This document shows positions 60,123 to 64,000 of a stretch of 64,000 nucleotides of DNA, in pieces. Below the pieces are notes generated by a model, which did no database searches, was not told where the DNA came from, and saw only the letters and a program-made list of their open reading frames with translations. Source of the stretch: an uncultured Planctomycetaceae bacterium (GTDB lineage: Bacteria > Planctomycetota > Planctomycetia > Planctomycetales > Planctomycetaceae); assembly GCA_963813715.1 (NCBI GenBank), contig CAWFAK010000009.1, forward strand, positions 32,001 to 96,000, written 5' to 3'. Made by a program: the position numbers and the translations under genes. How positions within the stretch are numbered: the stretch's first letter is position 1; the number at the start of each line of letters is the position of its first letter.

Positions 60123-60973
60123 GCAGCCCTCCGATGGAACGACTCAGTGGGCGGCGTGACCTGGTTGCGATAGATTTCGCGGGCCCGGCCCATCTTGCCG
60201 CGCCGCTGCTTCTCCAAAAAGTTGAGCAGCGTCGACAGCTCGAAGGGGAAGATGCCGTCGAGTTGCTCGGCCAGCTCGGCTCGCACGGTGTCGAGCGGCT
60301 TCATGTCGCGATAGAGCAGCCGATGCGCCCGCTTGATGACGTCGATCGACTCGGGCGTGATCCCGGCCCGCCGCATACCGACGATATTAATCGTGTTGAT
60401 CACCGGGTTGTCCGAACCCGAGGCAAGCATGAACGGGGGAATGTCGTGCGGCGCCCGGCAGCCGCCGCTGACGAAGGCGAGCATGCCGACGGTCGAAAAG
60501 TGATGCACCGTGACGTTGCCCGAGAGGATGGCCCCATCGTGCACGTGGACGTGTCCGCCCAGCAGGCAGCCGTTGACCAGGATCACCCGGTTGTTCACGT
60601 GGCAGTTGTGTCCGACGTGGCAGTTGGCCATCAGCAGGTTCTGGTGGCCGACCCGCGTGGTGTGATCTTCCTTCTCGGCGCCGCGATTGACGGTGACGCC
60701 TTCGCGGAAGATGTTTTCGTGGCCGATTTCCAGACGGGTCGGGGCACCCTTGTAGCCGGAATCTTGCGGCTCGCCGCCGATCACCGCGCCGGGGAAGAAG
60801 CGGTTGCGTTCGCCGATCGTCGTGTGGCCGGTGATCGTGACGTTCGATTGCAGCTCGCAGCCGTCGCCGAGCGTCACGTCGGGCCCGATGCAGCAGAACG
60901 GTCCGATTTCGACGTTCTCTCCGATGTGAGCCCGGGGATCGACTTGGGCTAAGTGTGAAATCTTGACGGTCAT
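60119..60973 (-). CDS. lpxA: Acyl-ACP--UDP-N-acetylglucosamine O-acyltransferase
   Basis: Hexapeptide repeats, GGEPQD, REGVTVNRG, HVGHNC, GGHV, GMRR. Confidence 0.93.
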   Translation of the reverse strand: MTVKISHLAQVDPRAHIGENVEIGPFCCIGPDVTLGDGCELQSNVTITGHTTIGERNRFFPGAVIGGEPQDSGYKGAPTRLEIGHENIFREGVTVNRGAEKEDHTTRVGHQNLLMANCHVGHNCHVNNRVILVNGCLLGGHVHVHDGAILSGNVTVHHFSTVGMLAFVSGGCRAPHDIPPFMLASGSDNPVINTINIVGMRRAGITPESIDVIKRAHRLLYRDMKPLDTVRAELAEQLDGIFPFELSTLLNFLEKQRRGKMGRAREIYRNQVTPPTESFHRRAA

Positions 60974-61057
60974 GGTCCGCACCCTGACAAAACCGAAGCT
61001 GACAAACCCAACCTGAAAAAAAACCAACGAGGCAAAACGAACTCGACGAAATTCAAT

Positions 61058-61945
61058 TCAGGCCGCCGCGCGGAGGCCGGTGCTCCCTTCGTAGGCCGCT
61101 TGAGCCAAGAGCTGTCGAATGATCTCCCGATTCAGGTGATGCCCTGATCGATACGCGGAAAAGTGACCCTGGATGTCGCACCCCAGCAGGGCGAAATCTC
61201 CCAGGCAGTCGAGAATTTTGTGGCGGGCAAACTCGTCGGCGCTCCGCAGAGCGTTGTCGATGGGGCCGTTCGGCCCGATCACCAGAAGCTCTCTGGGGCT
61301 GGTGCGGGCTCCGTAGCCGGCAGCCCGCAGTTCGTGCGCTTCCCGCTCCAACACGAACGTCCGCGAGAAGGCCAGTTCGCTTTGAAAGCTTTCGGGAGTG
61401 ATCTCGACCGTCAGCTCTTGAGGGGGAATCGGCGAGCGGGGCCCGTAATCGAGATGGTAGGTGATGGCCAGCGTCGGCCGCGCCACGGGCCGATAGGAGA
61501 TTTCGCAGCGATCGCGGCCGCGTCCGGTCACGAGCGAAGCGGGGCCGCTCACGAAGAGCCGCTTGCGGGCCGCCTGCACGGCCGAGCCGGCCGAGAGCAG
61601 CGCCTCGGTGAAGTCCTGCGAGGAGCCGTCCATGCCCGGCGGCTCGGGGGCGTCGAGCTCGACCTGGCAGTTGTCGATCTGCAGCCCAGCCAGGGCGGCC
61701 ATCACGTGCTCGATCATTTCGATCGCCACGCCGTTGCGCTCGATGGCCGTACGACGCTCGCGCGGGGCCGTGAATTCCAGCCGGGCCGGAATGGGGGCGC
61801 TGCCCGCAAGGTCGCTCCGCTGAAACGCGATGCCGTGTCCGGCTTCCGCAGGATGGAAGCGGAGCGTCACATCGCGACCGGTGAGAAATCCGACTCCGCG
61901 GACTTCGACCGGCCTCCGGATCGTCCGCTCGAACCGGCCGTGCAT
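61058..61945 (-). CDS. lpxC: UDP-3-O-acyl-N-acetylglucosamine deacetylase
   Basis: IEHVMAAL, DGSS, SRTF, RHKILDCLGD, SGH.LN. Confidence 0.93.
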   Translation of the reverse strand: MHGRFERTIRRPVEVRGVGFLTGRDVTLRFHPAEAGHGIAFQRSDLAGSAPIPARLEFTAPRERRTAIERNGVAIEMIEHVMAALAGLQIDNCQVELDAPEPPGMDGSSQDFTEALLSAGSAVQAARKRLFVSGPASLVTGRGRDRCEISYRPVARPTLAITYHLDYGPRSPIPPQELTVEITPESFQSELAFSRTFVLEREAHELRAAGYGARTSPRELLVIGPNGPIDNALRSADEFARHKILDCLGDFALLGCDIQGHFSAYRSGHHLNREIIRQLLAQAAYEGSTGLRAAA

Positions 61946-62079
61946 CTCCCGTCCCTAATCAGTCCCGCAAGGATTGAATTGGGAATGCCCGGTCTGCCGG
62001 GCCCGCTCGTCGCGGACCCGGCCACCGCAGTGCAATGGATCAGGCATTCTCCGCCGCCGTTTGACTCACCGCGTAGCGA

Positions 62080-62727
62080 CTACTGGCGAGCCGCGCCGGC
62101 GCCGTCCGCCGCCGGAGCCGCCGTCATCCGCTGGTACTTGCGGTTGAGGAACTCGCAGATGGCATTGGTGATGTCTTCACTGGGGCGGTAGTAGACCACC
62201 TGGCGGTTGAGGCCCCGCATCACGTCCTCGGGATTCTGTTCCGTGCCGAGATCCTCGGCGCTAAACCGCAGGACCAGGGTGATGTGGAAGTGGGTGGCGT
62301 ACTTCTCGACCGCGTCGGAGACCTCCAGATAGATCTGCTTGTAGATCTGGGCCTCTTTGCGGATCAGTTCGCGCTGCTGGCTCTTGCGGAAGGCGTCGGT
62401 CTGCGACGTGTGCGTCAGCAGCGACTTTTCGACGCGGGCGTACTCCTCGCTGCCTTCCTTAAAGCCTTTGAGTTCGACCGTTTCCTTCTTGATGACTTCG
62501 GCCATGGCCTTGAAGCGGTCTTCCGACTTGGTGAGCTCGCCTTTGAGATCCTCCCGGAGGGCCTCGAACTTCTTGTACTGCTTGAAGACGCGGGCCATGT
62601 CGATCAGCGCGATCTTGTGCGGCTCATCGGTGGCCGGGGCCGCGGCACCGTCGCCACGCACCACGGCCGACGGAACGAGGCCGGCGAACAGCGCAAACAT
62701 AGCGGCATTGATGACGAGTTTTTTCAC
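62080..62727 (-). CDS. skp: OmpH/Skp periplasmic chaperone
   Basis: Signal peptide, KIALIDMARVF, coiled coil, DIT; upstream of lpxC. Confidence 0.85.
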   Translation of the reverse strand: MKKLVINAAMFALFAGLVPSAVVRGDGAAAPATDEPHKIALIDMARVFKQYKKFEALREDLKGELTKSEDRFKAMAEVIKKETVELKGFKEGSEEYARVEKSLLTHTSQTDAFRKSQQRELIRKEAQIYKQIYLEVSDAVEKYATHFHITLVLRFSAEDLGTEQNPEDVMRGLNRQVVYYRPSEDITNAICEFLNRKYQRMTAAPAADGAGAARQ

Positions 62728-63272
62728 GGCCTCTGCACTCCTTTGCCTGCCGAAAAGCCCCGATCCTGGGGGCCAATGCGAGCGACGGGGTTAGATTTTC
62801 TTGAAATGCTGAACAGACGTCTTCAGCGCGTCGGCGGAGAATCCGACGAGGGGGGAATTTTGCAAACTGCCCCGATCTCGTCAAGATGAAGTGGGCAGGG
62901 ACGGTTCGGAGGATGCTGGAAGGTGGACGCCGGCTGTCCGGAGGGCGTCGGGCGTACGTCGCAAATCGCTTGTCCGCTAAGGCAATTCGCGACTTTTTTG
63001 GGAATTTGCGGCTTTTCCTCGTTGACAAACTGAAAGGCCAAGTGTGAGATGGCATCTGAACCAATCCGTGTCAAATCGCACATTTTCAGGCCATTTCCAA
63101 GCTGCTTCGGAACTCTTTTTCATCATTCTGTTTACTGCCGGTAAGTCGCCGGTAACAACAAGCAGCGGCGGAACTTACTGGAAAGTCGATTGACGCGTGG
63201 GTTCTTTTACGGGACGGTTCGTTGCCGGCCCAAGTATTTCCACGTCGTTTTCTGAAAAGAGAAGGTGTACGC

Positions 63273-64000
63273 ATGACGAGACGAAAGAAGGGGTTCACGC
63301 TCATTGAGCTGTTGGTCGTGATCGCCATCATCGCGATCCTGATCGCGCTGTTGCTGCCGGCCGTGCAAGCGGCTCGCGAAGCGGCCCGCCGGACCGAGTG
63401 CAAAAACCACATGAAGCAGCTCGCGTTGGCGTGCCACAACTATCACGACACCAACTTCATCTTCCCCTGCGGCTGGATGGCTGAAAACCAGGCTTCGTGG
63501 GGCATGCTGCTGCTGCCGTACATGGAATTCCGTCCGATTTACGACCTCGTGAATTTCAACGTGCTGATGTCGGATGCGACCGGCCAAGCTCCGAACCGTA
63601 ACCTCGACCAGATCGCGTTGCCACTGAACCTGTTCAAGTGCCCGTCGTCGGGCGACGTGAACTTGTCGTCTAACAACCGTTGCGCCGGTGGTGGTTCGAC
63701 GGTCAGTCTCTTCGGCGCCGCTGGCGATATGGCCGATTCCTCGGTCACCCGCGCCGTCTCCAACTACCTGGCAAACTCCGGCATGCCGAACCTGGCCGCC
63801 ACACCTCCTCTGCCCGGTCTGTCGGACGGTATCGGCGTCTACACCCCGACTCTGGGGAACGTCAATCAAGTCAACCAGAATACCAATCCTCCGGTTGACA
63901 ATGGCGGCGTTATGTTCCAGGACAGCCGCATTCGTATCGCCGACATCACGGACGGCACGTCGAACACCGCTCTCTTGTGCGAGCACAAGGGTGCCACCTG
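63273..64000 (+). CDS. DUF1559 prepilin-type N-terminal cleavage/methylation protein (runs off the window; not in the ORF track)
   Basis: [55 protein letters not shown]; later [11 protein letters not shown]. Confidence 0.95.
   Translation, partial: MTRRKKGFTLIELLVVIAIIAILIALLLPAVQAAREAARRTECKNHMKQLALACHNYHDTNFIFPCGWMAENQASWGMLLLPYMEFRPIYDLVNFNVLMSDATGQAPNRNLDQIALPLNLFKCPSSGDVNLSSNNRCAGGGSTVSLFGAAGDMADSSVTRAVSNYLANSGMPNLAATPPLPGLSDGIGVYTPTLGNVNQVNQNTNPPVDNGGVMFQDSRIRIADITDGTSNTALLCEHKGAT

Overview
GC-rich bacterial DNA, almost certainly from Planctomycetota: it carries PSD1/DUF1549-DUF1553 cytochrome c, DUF1501, DUF1559 prepilin-type and WD40/cytochrome c genes. Many genes, including ileS, yidC and sucA, are broken by single-base frameshifts, which points to an indel-rich assembly rather than real pseudogenes. 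The left 23 kb is a sulfur-oriented accessory region. Its centre is an operon with two tandem, ~90% identical Family 2B (cNMP-domain) encapsulin shell genes, a cargo cysteine desulfurase with a long disordered N-terminus, and a membrane rhodanese. A serine O-acetyltransferase lies 10 kb away, and its last 141 bp are duplicated around an inserted BlaI/BlaR1(M56)-thioredoxin module. A 31-bp AT-rich box and a TGGCACG-N4-TGAT motif both occur upstream of the encapsulin operon and upstream of the DUF1553/DUF1501 operon, suggesting a shared regulon. Other notable items are an HNH-HD gene pair behind a ~240-nt hairpin-rich leader with three GANTTGTGAC motifs, an unannotated 29-aa Lys/Arg-rich ORF with its own promoter, an extremely acidic small protein and REP doublets. 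The rest is housekeeping (punA, ileS, trmL, sucAB, yidC, SNF2 helicase, hisN, skp-lpxC-lpxA). No tRNA, rRNA, CRISPR array or transposase was recognised. Family assignments come from motif recognition, not database searches.
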